Of a stretch of DNA of 64,000 bases, positions 49,867-62,846 are shown in pieces. Both the position numbers and the translations under genes were made by a program. The stretch lies in assembly GCA_024679065.1 (NCBI GenBank), contig JAGIQG010000014.1, positions 33,666,001-33,730,000 on the forward strand, read 5' to 3'. The DNA comes from Sphyrna mokarran. Its lineage: Eukaryota. Position 1 is the first letter of the stretch. Every line of letters starts with the position of its first letter. The notes beneath the pieces were generated by a model. That model was given only the letters and a program-made list of their open reading frames with translations, had not been told where the DNA came from and did not search any database.

Positions 49867-51177
49867 ATTATATAGTCATTAATTTAATTAAGACATTTTC
49901 ACATGCGCTTGCTTACTTTATCTTCACAGTGAAACATTTTCTCACAAATAGATCATTCCCATTTGCAAAAAAAGTAAATATTATTACATTGAATCAGTGC
50001 AAAACAGCTATAGGTTACAGATTTCTGTTTTCCTTATATTCAAACTTTACAATCACAAATACATAATGTAACAGTTCCTGCAAATGGATAACACTTGATA
50101 AAATAAATTCATATATGTTTACAAACTAGATGAATACATGATTACGATAGGAATGGAAGGATACAGACTATGTAAGTGCATATAGTTTTAGATTAGACGG
50201 ACATTGTGATTGGCACAGGCTAGGAAGGCCAAAGGGCCTGTTCCTGTGCTGTACTTTTCTTTGTTCTTTGAATTATTTTGAAGCTTCACAGCATGCACCA
50301 ATGTCATTAGCAAGAATGAAAGAGAAACTTACTTGCCATTTTGTGGCACTCATTGAAAGAAGAATGTTGTCCAGGACAAAGGATAAAGCTTTGCTGTTTT
50401 GTAAATAATGTTATGGAATCTTTAATATCTATTTAAAATATTGGAAAGGCAGCCAGTGCCTCAGTTTAATGCTTATTCCAATATACTGTGAATCCAATAA
50501 GAAGGAACTGCTTGCACCTTACCTGAGTTTAAACTGATATCATCTGTTCCTGAAGCAGAGTTATTACTTATTGGGTAAAATTGACAAAGCATGTATGTGC
50601 ATAACTGAACTTAATATTAGCTGGGCGATTTCAGTTAATGTCAATGTTGAGCTGCCTGTGCACTCCTCATGAAACCTTGTTCAATGGGAACACATTCACT
50701 GGGCAATTTTACATTGCAGTTCATGATATCCATCCATTAGACTTATGATGCACAAATGTATTTTTATGGTATATCCTCCTGGTTGGTGAGAAGTTGCACT
50801 AGGAAGGTGCAAACAGAAAATTAACCTTAAAAACATCTGCAGTTAGTAATGGAACAAAACTAAATAAAAACTAAAAAATAATTATTCATCTAATTCGAGA
50901 ATGCTTTTGCATTCATTCCGGTGAAATTATGTAAATACACTACTGAAAAGTGGCTTTATAAGTTTGGTGGTTAACAGGCCATTGGAAATGACACACATCA
51001 AGGGCAATAATGCAAAATGGGCATCAGCACATTGGCAGCCTCTTCTAGATTGTCTTGTCCAAGACAACCTCTACACTCCCCACACCTTATCTTTTTATTG
51101 TCCTGTCAGAATCTAGGATTAATGTAATTCACGACAAAGCAGTTTTGCTGCATTAGAGATATTCATAGTAATAATAG

Positions 51178-51430
51178 GTAATAGAATCTACAGTGCAGAT
51201 GAAGGCCATTTGGCTCATCAAGCCTGCACCAACAACAATCCCACTCCATAATCTCACATATTTACCCTTCTATTCCCTCTAAAAGGCTAAGGAGCAATTT
51301 AGCATGGCCAATTAAACTAAGCCACACATCTTTGAACTGTAGGAGGAAACTAGAGCACTCAGTGGAAATACATGCAAACACAGGGAGAATGCGCAAATTC
51401 TATACAGACAGTGATTGAAGCCTGAATTCA
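51178..51430 (-). mobile_element. HE1-type SINE, partial
   Basis: Reverse-strand V-domain and CR1-type tail. Confidence 0.85.
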
Positions 51431-53747
51431 ATGTAGGTAAAGGGATATTGGAGGATTGTTACAGAATTTTAACAAATGCACAGTTATCACAGTTCAGAAA
51501 TTTGTTGATTGGATATTCTGTTCTTTTTCTTTTATTTTCCACATTCTACCCCAATTATTTCCGCCTCCTCTCATTCCCAACAGTTATCTTAAGATCCCTT
51601 GCTGAAAAAGGCCATTCTTCATCTATGAACCTGGAAATTATTGACGCCTGACTCAACATTCAGGGTTAACGGAGGATCTGATATTCATATCTTTGGAAAG
51701 GAAAAATCTGACTTTTAAGTTTGACTGTTTTTCAAATATAATCTAGTTACCAAATATCTGACATTGAAAACAATACTTTCCCACTTCACAATGAAAATTG
51801 TGATTAACCTTTTCCCCTACTTACTGTACAGACTCTAGAGTTAACCTTTATATTGCCACTTAGTTACAGTCAGCCAACACAGTATAGACCAGAAAACTGA
51901 TGTGTTGCCTTCATAGTTTGTATACATCGATCGCACACTACACAATGAGCATATAAAGTGACTGGAAAGTGATAGAACAGTCAACTATTTTAATATTTAT
52001 GCCATAGAATTTTTAATGGATTAAATGGATTAAAAATTAGTTATATCATCAAGCATCACATGGCAAGGCAAAGAATCCCATGAATTGCAAATTGTCAAAT
52101 TGTTGGGAAACTTCTGTGCTACACTGATAACCTCATAAAAATATTAGCTCATCACGAATCTCCCATCAGTTTCATGGAATTACGACATCTGCACATTAAT
52201 TAAGAATTGAACTTTTTGTAGAAAGTTAAGACAGCTAATTAACAGCATAAGGACACTTTTAATGAGAATTATGTTCCTAAAATGTCCATCAGTTTCCTCT
52301 GTCCAGATATGGAGGAATTGAGTCTTATTCCTATTAGTAATAAATCAGTGAATTTCAAAAGTACAGATTCTATCTCTTTTTAAAAAGATCAATTAATTAA
52401 GATTAATTCAATCTTTCTCTTTATTTTGCTTTCTTTATTTGATTTGACTCAAATTTATCCTCCTTCCCCATCAGTGCACTGTTTCTTTCTCTTTAATCTC
52501 ATTAGTAAAGGGGATAAGTCCAACCCTAGCCCAACATTCACTGAGTTCCCAGATGTTTCATTGTCCCAGGCACATTGTTACCAGCTCAGTTATCCCGGCA
52601 ATTTACAGAGTAAAACATTTTCAAACTTTAGTTTTGGGAAAAATATTTTACTTCACACGCACGCAGGTGCATACCTCACTCCAACAAATTCTGAGTCACT
52701 ATTACCTTACTGAAACCAGTTATATTGATAATGAATGCTTGTGCTCTTTGACATTGTCTGAAACTCATTGCACGGTTGTGCAGGTATATGGTGGATTGTG
52801 CACCAAGAAAGTATTTTAATCTGGTGATAAAGTATTTTGGGATGACTTAAGTTTATGTTAGGTGTTTTATGAATACAACTCTTTTCCTTTTTGTGTTTAC
52901 ATACAGCAGCAGCTCATCTTTTTAACATCATAAATATCCTACAAAGCACTTACAATGGTTGGAAACATAATAGCACAAAGAGCCGGATTTTATGGATGGT
53001 GAGGTTTCTTGCTGGGAAATGTATCCTCACCAAGACTAGCAGCGCTGCAGCCATTTAAGTCGACCAGGGCAATAATTGGCTCAGGATGAGACTTCTACCC
53101 TCATCTAACTCCCACCATAGTGAGCTGCTGGCCAATTAGGTTTGAGTAGTGATCACTGCTGGAGCAACAGCCAGTCCCTGAAGAAAAGGGACAAATGAGA
53201 ACCAAACTGAAGAGAAATTGAGGGCATCGATAAGGCTTAGCTGGCAATGAATGAGGGGCTGTGAGGGCTGGGTGGAGAGAAGAATCCCCTCTTCTCACCA
53301 ATTACAGTGCCATCCCATTTCACAAGATATTAATAGATGAAGACATCGTCTGAACCCTTTTGATTAATTCATTCTGGGAGCAGTGAATCTTCCCATCTCC
53401 ACTGCATACCCAGCTCCATCCTACGCTCCATTATGGCATCCAATTCTTTCTCAAATTGTTTCAGAGTTGTTGCCTCCATTATGCCACGTTGAGTCGTAAC
53501 CAATTACAATAATCTTTGTTGCCTAGAAAACAAGTTCTACATTTCTTTTATGTCACTATTTCTAGAATGATAACATTTCTTCAGTTTTAAAATAATAAAC
53601 ATAATTTTTAAAAATTTGTTTACGATATTTCAGCTTCTAATATGTAATTCCAAATCTGTGAAACTTATAAGAAGTGAAGAATAATCAATGCATTTTACAT
53701 TCTAGTCTGCTGACATTCAATATGACTGGCTGCTTCCTAGGTACATG

Positions 53748-54032
53748 ACAACAGTGGTGCTGAAGCACTTCTTTCTCACAGTGCCAGGGACCCGGGTTCG
53801 ATTCCCAGTTTGTGTCACTGTCTGTGTGGAGTTTGCACGATCTACGTGTGTCTGTGTGGGTTTCTTCAGGGTGCTCTGGTTTCCTCCCACAGTCCAAAGT
53901 TGTGCAGGTTAAGTGAATTGGCCATGCTAAATTCTCCCTCAGTGTACTCGGACAGCCGCTGGAGTGTGGATTTTCACAGTAACTTCATTGCAGTGTGTAT
54001 GTAAGCCTACCTGTTACTAATAAATAAATAAG
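53748..54032 (+). mobile_element. V-SINE variant with alternative tail
   Basis: B-box GGTTCGATTCCC, V-domain, tail GGATTTTCACAGTAACTTCATTGCAG..AATAAATAAA. Confidence 0.88.
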
Positions 54033-54419
54033 TAAACCTGGAGATAGCCTACACTTAGCAGCAGGTTCAAATTAACAGCTGGAAAGATGAGATCCAACCA
54101 CACAGTTTTGTGGACGGCATTTCTCAATGTCAACAGTGAATGTGTCTCTTTGCCTTTGACTGGAAAATCTAGGCCTTTGGGCAGAGATTTCCATGTTTGA
54201 AAACTAAGTGCTATGATGGATAGGTTCGGTGGCACGCCAATTGTACACTCAGAAACTAATTAATTATGCATTGGTGTGAATATCTTTCCAAATCATGTGA
54301 TAGGTCTCTCATGCTCTCACCTAATAAGGTCAAAAGGTTTGAGTGCTATACTTAAATGCCACCTGAACACAGGCATTCACTCTATCCAACCCAGCTGTGA
54401 GAAGGAGACGTCGCCAATA

Positions 54420-54655
54420 GTTGCATCCAAGAAGAAAGTTGCACCAAGTGTTAGTAATGACTCTCTTGAAGCCCTCATCAATGGAATCCACCAGTACAGG
54501 GATGTCTTCTAAACCAATGCTGACTCCAGGAAGCCCACCAACCTCATTTTGCTGGCCAGGAGGCTGTTGCAAGGGAAGTCAGTTCTTTGGATACTCACCT
54601 GAGCAATGCTATCCAGTGCAGGAAGAAGATGAATGACCTCATCCATTTTGCCATG
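54420..54655 (+). pseudogene. Harbinger Myb/SANT-like (NAIF1/MSANTD-like) exon, disrupted
   Basis: ASKKKVAPSVSNDSLEALINGIHQYRDVF* ... QCRKKMNDLIH, then a GTAAGT donor. Contains an in-frame stop and a frameshift. Confidence 0.75.
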
Positions 54656-54874
54656 GTAAGTTAACCTTCAACTGACTGCAATCTCATCCACTCATAATGG
54701 CAATGTGTACACACTGCTCAGAGATTTCACACAATGTTAGGTGGGGACATATCACCAATGATTGTCTCATGGGCATTTTAATATCATCAGCTATCATGCC
54801 GCACAATCTCAATCCTCAGCCCTACACAAGCATGCATGCTTCCTAACCTCTCCTCCATATCTTCTCTTCACTCC

Positions 54875-55435
54875 AGACCTTATTACAGCCTTGGTTTAAA
54901 CATGGACAAAAGAGCTGAAGACCGGAGGTAAGGTGAGCGTGACTGCCCTTGACATCAAGACAACTTTAACTAAGTGTGGCATCAAGGAACCTAAATCAAA
55001 CTTGCAACAATGGAACCAGGAGGAAAATTCCCCTCTGGTTAATGTCATATCGAGTACAGAGGAAGATGGTTGTGCTTGCTCGAGGGCAGTCATCTCAGCT
55101 TTAGGACATCACTGCCAGATTTCCTTAGGGCAATATCCTTGACGCGACCTTCTTTAAAAATGATCAGCACCATTCACAGTTCATGTCTAAAGGTAAGAAT
55201 CTGGATAACATCTGGGTTTGGGCTGACATTAAGTAACATTTGTACCACACAAGTGTCAGGCAATGATCACATCCAGCAAGAAAGCCTCTTGATATTCAAT
55301 GGTACTACCATTGCTGGATCTCCACTATCAACATCCTTTAACCAGAAAGTGAACTGGACCAGCCATATAAATGTTGTGGCAAGAACAGGTTAGAGGCTGG
55401 GAATCTTGTGGTGACCACCTCCTGGATCCCCAAGC
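54875..55435 (+). mobile_element. LINE family B RT fragments
   Basis: TWTKEL..VTALDIK RT motif and FNQKVNWTSHINVVA, overlapping in homology with 41615-41700. Confidence 0.75.
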
Positions 55436-56003
55436 ACTTCAAGATGTTCGCACCATATTTTTAAACAAAGTGATTCATATCTTCACACTGAGGGGGTAGA
55501 GCCAGAAAAAGCCAGCAGTGGGGGTCCTAAGATTGGAGTGTTTGGGTATGTCCCTCCCCTTGCGAGCTACACTTGCTTATGCACCCTAATGGGTTTCCTT
55601 CAACTGCTTCACATTTGTGAAAGGCAGTTCAAAACCTTACTCATGTGAAGACACATTGGTGAGAGGGATTTGTAAATGTGGGTTGGGGGAGGTGGGGGAG
55701 ACACCATATGGTGGGGTAGCTCGCTAAGCATACTTGAATTTTTTAATATGCATTGAAATGAGGTTCCTACCCTTTCTAGATGGGAACCTTGTTATTTTAC
55801 CAGTAAGGGTCAGGGAAGGTTGGAAATCAAGATCTCGACAGTAAAAATCCCATTTTCTGATCTTGTGAGATTTTATGCCCACAATTTGCATTCATTGTGC
55901 AAAATCACCTCCAATGGCTCCAATTGCACCTTCTGAGGGATGTCAGCCTCCTCTCTTAGCTCTGACCCTTAATCACCAACAGCCCCCCTCCCTCCCCCCC
56001 GCC

Positions 56004-56042
56004 CACACACACACACACACACACACACACGCATGCACACAC
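56004..56042. repeat. (CA)n microsatellite
   Basis: Run of CA dinucleotides after a C-rich tract. Confidence 0.9.
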
Positions 56043-57235
56043 AGAACCCATCATCGTTGAGGTCCTCACGTCCCATGTGGAGCTCACCCCTTCCCATCTC
56101 GATGTTGTGGCACAGTTTCAAAGGGGATCCCCTTCCACTAGAGAGTTTTGAATGCCTCCTGTATATGACATAATCCCCCTTTATAGGCTGCAGGTGCCTA
56201 CACTGACCTTGAGCATCCCAATTGCTGTCAATTCCAAGCCAGATAAGACCATGACCAATGACTATAAGACAATGAATAGGCTCTGCACATCTGCTCTGCC
56301 TTATTCCAGTTGAGCATTTTATCTCTCCTTATCTCTCCCTGGAGTGGGTCTATGATGTGTATGCAATACATAACCCTGTAATATGGCCCACAAAGCCCCA
56401 GGATTGCCTTAAATCTCTCGATCTGACTTGAGATCCACAAAGTTCCAGGATTGCCTTTGATCTCTTGTCTCGATATCTTGATCCCACACCACAGACAGCG
56501 AATGTCTTTCAGTGAACTCTCCTATTCCTTCTTTACTGATGTAAACACAGACCTCTGCCTCCACCTCTCAACCCCTCCCCAATCTTCCTACCTCCTTGTG
56601 TTTTCATGCAACCCCGTCAAGATGAGAAGGGGTGAGAGTCACATAGGGCATGGGGACATCAACAGTGATGGCTTCTGTGTAATTGTGTGTGTTTGTGTGT
56701 GTGTGTTTAGGGAGCAAGGGATGTTGAGGGCTGGAATATTCACCATAATTATGGTGGGATCCAGGATTACTGGGGGAGGCTAGAGAAAACACGAGGGAGC
56801 TCTACCTGCACACTATGGGACTCCAGAAAGATTGGAGATGCCCACACTTACAGAACCTTGCATCATATATTGGAGTTTCTGTGCAACCCTCCCAAGTCAT
56901 GCAATTTGATTCCCATTCACCTCTTGTTGTCTGAGTTCTAGTCTTCCACATTGGGCTGCAGCTCCTTCATACTTGATGTCCCCTCTGAATGCCACCATCT
57001 TCCTCCACCATTGCTCTCTGTGTTTCCATCTGCTTTTCCCCCTGTCCCCATCGTAATGCTGGCCTCTGTCTCATATGCATCCCTGAGATCTGTGGAAAAC
57101 ATCCCAGAGAATGAAGGAAGTCAGCAAACAGATCAATCCTACAGCCTCAATAATGTGGCATCTCACTAGTATTGATGAGAACCCGGAGAGACACTATTGC
57201 AGGCTATGTTGAACTCACCTCAAAGTCAGGAGCAA

Positions 57236-57563
57236 AGTGGCAGCCAGTGCACAGACAGGTGGCGTAGTTAGTATTCTGCCGCACAACTCCAGGGAACTGG
57301 GTTCGAATCCCTGCTTAGGTCGCTGTGTAGAGTTTGCATGTTCTCCCCATGTCTATGTGGATTTCCTCCCACCATCCAAAGATGTACAGATTAGGTGTAT
57401 TGGCCATGCTAAATTGCCCCTCAGTGTCTCAGGATGCATAGGTTAGAGGGATTAGCAGGGTAAATACATGGGTTTACCAGGGATAGGGCCTGTGGATTGT
57501 TGTCAGTGCAGACTTAATAGACTGAATGACCTCCTTCTGCATTGTAAGTATTCTACGATTCTA
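57236..57563 (+). mobile_element. HE1-type SINE
   Basis: B-box GGTTCGAATCCC, V-domain and CR1-type tail. Confidence 0.85.
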
Positions 57564-58408
57564 AGTGAGGGCCAACAACTGCATGCCACTTATTTCCAAA
57601 CTTGATTCAGACTGCTCTAATTTCCCACTGATGTGTATTGGATTAGGGCATGGAATGTGATTTTGGCGAGTCACATTTTTAACAATATTTTATTACATGG
57701 CAATGCATACAAATTGCTTTCCTAACACGCATCAGTGAAAACCTGACCTACCATCAGCCTGCCATGAAAGTCATGAGGGGAAAAGTTTCCAACTGGTGTG
57801 TTTCTGGATTTTAGTCTCTTTCCAAATATTCCTCTCCCACTCACCACAAAACCCACAGCGAGTTTGGAAGGGAAAATTCTCGCCTTTATATTTTTGAATG
57901 AAGATTGCTTAGATTAATTAGAAATCTCAGACTCATCAGTCCTGAGTCTTGATGAAGTCACTTTCCATGAATTAATACTCTTCATCCCCTGCCCATCATT
58001 CCATTCCTTGTCTACTCTCATGGTTTACCCTTAATCCCAAAAGCCATCGGGTTAACTCATAGTTCTAATGCACATCTGTCAAACATCTTTTGGAAGTTTG
58101 GATGTGTTATTTGCTAGAGTTTACCACTGTGAATCTGGGCTGTATTTTCTCAAAGAAGTTGAAAAGATTGGTAAGGTAATGGTTTCCACTTCTGAACTTG
58201 TGTTTAATCCCACTTATTGTCGTCCAGGTAATTATCAGATTTACCTTTGATAATGCACTCTATTACTTTTCATTAAATGAGCCCTTGTCAATGCCCATGA
58301 ACTGTCACTTCCCAGCTTTGTGCTTTAATCTTCCACATTTTCTTGTTACAATCTCTCCAGTCAAGTTTCCTTCAGCCATCAACAACAGTTGCAACAGCTC
58401 TAAATGAT

Positions 58409-61400
58409 GCCTGGGATTTTCTGCTTCCATTTGTGGCGGGCACCATGATGGGCAGCAGTGGAACGTCTTACAAGATCGCAAAAACAGATTTTGCATGTTT
58501 AAGAACCAGATGACGATTGTCTGTTCCTCCTGTCAATGGTGGGTTACGTTTCCCACATTGGGAACATCATTTCTGTAGATTTACGTATCACATAAATCCT
58601 GCTCACTGGAATCATTTGCTGGATCATGAGGCCGTGCTGGCATGCAATCATGTCCATATGTTTTACAGTGCTATATAAGTGATGTGAACTTGGTGACCTA
58701 CACTTTTCTCCTCCATTCACCTATTTTGTTTTGGGTAATGCTCACAGTGTCTAGTGCCCAACTTAGCTGGCAACATCAGGGTGCTAACACAACTTTTGGA
58801 AGGTTGGATGTGTTATTTTCTAAGTTTTCTCAGTTTTAGAAGGCTAACACAAAGGTTTCAACCCATCAGACCATCAGCAAGGCAGGGATGTCTTTTCAAA
58901 GACTGCAAGCCAAATTGAAAAGTCTGTGGCACCATGAATCCACACATGGGTCACAAATAAGCTTCCGTACTTTCTTGCTCATATGCCATTAGCATTTTCT
59001 GAAGGTATGACTGGGGTCCTGATCATGCTCAATAATCTGGTTCCACTATCTGGAATTAGCATTTGTGAAAATGGTCAGTGGTTGATGAGGGGATATGCAG
59101 CACTGCATTCATACATTGCAACACAGAAAACACTAGTTAGAGATGTAGAAAACACTACAGTTACAGTCAGGCATGCAGTTTCCAGTGCCATGACATTAGT
59201 TTGGCTGAGAGGGTCAGACTCCTGTTGACTTAAGGCAAAGTGATGGCATTTACTGCTTAGTTTATTAGATATAAAATCAGATAGCCACAAGTGTAGCTGC
59301 CAGTTAGGAACAGACATTTCCTGAGAGTATGAGATACTAACATGGAAGCCATGACAGATGACAGAGTGCATGGAGTTCCAGGACATATCACCCTCCTCCA
59401 TGTGTTCTCATTTCTATCTCACATCACAACCTCACCTTTCAATCATGCATGTGACACAGGGGTCTCTGCATCTATGTTAACACAGCCAGTCACAGAGATA
59501 ATATGGTAAAGCATGTGAAGAACTTACTTTCCACCAGCATAGATGCATTATGGATGAGGCATCACTTATTTCAGAATTAATACAAAAATGGCCAGACATT
59601 GAGATTAAAGATAAGCAGGTGACACAGACACCATTCTCATGATAGCGACATCTGCAATGAGTGGGGTAACCACAATGTGTCACCTGATTGACTGCAACAA
59701 CTCTTAATAAAAAGGAGTCAACACAAGAGATGTGGGATAGGTTATATTCTAGTTGTACATGTGAATATTAGATACATCTTACAAACACCTGTGGTACCAT
59801 TGCGCTCCTCATATTTCTTACTTTCCTAACCTTACTGCTACATCTTGGTGCATCCATAGCGGAGGGCTGAGACTTGGAGGGCTCCGGCCTGCTTCAGATT
59901 TCTTCTTGGGGGCCACTTGCACCTTGCTCTGCCTGTAAAGCTGGAGCTGATGAGGCTCACAGGAAGAGCGGAGTTGGATCGGTGAGACACGCCTGGCATC
60001 ACCTGGGTGGGTGGCACTTGGATGTCCAACTGCTGATCCTCGCTTGTAGGGTTCCTGGCCGACTTCTTGAGAAGAAGGGGCAACTAGAGTGAGATCGAGC
60101 TGCCCTACACCCTTCTTGTGATGACACTGTCAGAGACCTGCTGTGGTTCAGCAATGGAATTCAGCCCACACAGCAGTGCAAGAGTGATATCCTGGACTGC
60201 AGGCTTCATGTTGGCCACCATCCTGCCAGTGTTGACCTTCGTGCGTTGGCATGATGGTACAATCATCACTGATTGAACATGCTCTGCCTTGTCCATTGTC
60301 TCTTGCAATCTGAGAAGTGTAGCTGACATCTGTTCCTGATGTTGCAGAAGTTCCATTAACTAATTTAGGATCCAGTTTGGATGTTGGATATCTGATTTGG
60401 CCTGAGCAGATTCCTGGCCTCCAGTAGTCCTCTGAGTGCTAGTGACCTCTGTGTTCCTGCCTCTGCTATTTGTGGAACAGATTTTTTGTACTCACCAGAT
60501 TATGATCCTGTGCCAGCTTTACATCTAGATTCCACTAAAGTGTGTATCTGTGCATTGGTGAAGGGTGTGAGTGATTGCTGTGATAGGTTTTGTAAGTTGC
60601 TGGCCTTAGATTCCTCATCTAAATTATTATTGTGGAGCTGGACCTAGTGTTCTTTTTGGCTGAGGATATTGGCAGATGTGTCAGGAAAAAGTGGAGATTA
60701 TTAGTGCATTGCAGCTGAGTAACACACAGAACAGTGAACTCTCAATAGCTTTGACAGAGGGATGATCTAGCGTGGCAGACCTCATAGTTACTGCAGGAGT
60801 GGTCACCATTGTCTCCAACCAACGCAATGGCTCTGTTCTCAAGTCACTCAGGACCTCGCTTTTTGGTCCAGCTAGGACCTCTCCTTTTAGCTGTGTGTGA
60901 TCTTGTCCTGCAGAAAGATAAACAGAAAGATTGTAAGTAAGAAGCCTGGCAGGACAGATGAGAAAGATTTATGGATAGTTAGATAGCCATGGAAGATTGA
61001 GTTGAGTTGAGGGCTAGGTTCAGATGGAGATGTGAAGGTATATGCAAGAGACTGAGTGCTGATATCCATTGAGTTGTTAATGAGTGAGATGCCTTTGGGT
61101 GCATGATGAACTCAGAGAATGTTGAAATGGTTGACTTACTCTGGGGGGGAGTAGATGAGATCATTCAACCTCTTTTTGCACTAACTGGTTGACGTCCTCT
61201 GGACAACATTTGAATTGACTATGGCCTCACAAACAGGATTTGTGATGTTGCTGCATCTCATGCAGCCAGAATGGAGATAGATGAAATCATAATGAGCCTC
61301 CATGGTGTCCAGCAGGTACTCGAATGGAGAATCACTGAACCTAGGGGCAGCAGCCTTCTTAGGTTTTTGGGGCCAACTCTTCAATGGAGCTGTCTTGCAT

Positions 61401-61639
61401 TGCGGATATTGAGAACTGTGCCCATTTAAATATGGCACCCAGAGTGAGAAAGTGATGAGGTCACGTTAGTGTGGGTAAAGTGGAAGCCACTCACTTGCAA
61501 TCTGGTGGATTTCATGGGGATACGTAATAATAAGGTAGGACAGGGATATTACAGTTTGGAAACCTGCCATTGCAGTCTGCTGGAAAAACACTGATTTCCC
61601 CAACCATTACCCCAGTGCAATTCAGGGAAAATTCTGCCC
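58409..61639 (-). mobile_element. PIF/Harbinger element B (non-autonomous, Myb/SANT gene retained in decayed form)
   Basis: GAT|GCCTGGGATTTTC ... GGGAAAATTCTGCCC|GAT gives imperfect TIRs and a 3-bp TSD. Removing the element restores the L2 reading frame. Confidence 0.8.
60105..61380 (-). pseudogene. Harbinger Myb/SANT-like spliced gene, disrupted
   Basis: KKAAAPRFSDSPFEYLLDTMEA..ITNPVCEAIV..QRTSTS*CKKRLNDLI, donor GTAAGT near 61139, acceptor CTGCAG near 60908 (DKITHS*KER), and a coiled-coil-like ORF 60105-60356. Several stops. Confidence 0.8.
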
Positions 61640-61835
61640 GATGTTTTAAATAACATCCTCTGTGACTATGAGCATAGTCTCCCCTCATGCTCTTTGCAGT
61701 CTTCAAACTTTGACACAGTCCTCACGTCTTCTTTACCCAAAGACTTTCCATCGTCTATCTACTGGAACCATCCTCAATTGGTTTCATCTTAGCTGTTCAA
61801 ACATAGCCAAATTTCTCCAGCAATATTTTCTCCTG

Positions 61836-62846
61836 ACAAACAAAGAACAAGGACAAAGAGCAACACAGCACGGGAAACAGGCCCTTTAGCCCAACGAGCC
61901 CACGCGGCCGTCCTAATGTCCTAATGACATATCCTTGTCTTTAGGCTATGCCAATTGTTGAAGATTCCCATATAGGGACCAATATAGGGACAATTTGTTA
62001 CCCAATCAGCCTAAGAGCACATTTTTGGGATGTGGGAGGAAACCGGAGCACCCGGAGGAAACCCACGCAACCACGGGGAGAACGCGCAAACTCCCGCAGA
62101 CACAGGCCCAAATCCATGTGTCAGCACAGCAACAGCGATAGTCTCTGAGCTGTCATGTTGCCCATCAGATGGTCCAGTTTAAGCATACACTGACGACGTG
62201 AAGCACTAGGCAACTCCTGAAGCAACCTCCAAGAGCAGCTTTCGCACGACATGCCGCATGCATGCCCCTTGTTGGTCAACAAGGTGGACCGAATTGCCTG
62301 CAGAAACAAATAAGACTTAATTAAACATGCTAAAAAAAAACTAAGACATTCCCGAGACGAAACTAAAAGATAGTCTACTACTATTTGGTCCTCCCGATAT
62401 TCAAACAGTCCTGCTATATCCCTCTATCTGCAGACCGCTCATGTGGCTGTCCAAGAGACCCTTAAACAACCCTAGCGTGCCTGCTCCCACCACCTTACTC
62501 GGCAGTGCATTCCACACCCCCACTACCTTTTGTGTGAAAAACTGGCCTCTAATATTCGTCTTATACATAGCCCCCCTCACCCTGAGCCCGTGACCCCTCA
62601 TTCTATCCATTTCTAATGGTGGAAAAAGCTTACCACCATTTACTCTATCTATACCCCTCATAATCTTATATACCTCTAAAAGATCCCCTCTCAGCCAACG
62701 TCTTTCAAGGGAAAACAACCCCAGTGTTTTCAATCTTTCCTCGTAAGACAGCCCTTCCATACCAGGCAGCATCCTGGTAAATCTCCTCTGCACTCTCTCC
62801 AGGGCCTCTACATCCTTCCTGTAGTACGGCGACCAGAACTGGACAT
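61836..62846 (-). mobile_element. Young 5'-truncated CR1 LINE whose 3' region contains a V-SINE-derived segment
   Basis: Intact ORF2 C-terminus 62401-62793 (QRRFTRMLPG..FFTQKVVGVWNALP), about 240 bp of unique sequence, SINE-like head at 62163, V-domain 61995-62105, HER1-like tail to 61836. Confidence 0.85.

Larger units (their letters stand above)
54179..57884. mobile_element. Decayed PIF/Harbinger element A (Myb/SANT gene +, nuclease remnant -), with nested LINE-B and SINE
   Basis: Imperfect TIRs GGGCAGAGATTTCC / GGAAAATTCTCGCC, both flanked by TTT. Myb exon 54420-54656. Reverse-strand remnants AIGMLK and LCHNI at about 56080-56230 resemble the HARBI1-type IG.LK.RFRCL..LHN motif. Confidence 0.5.
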
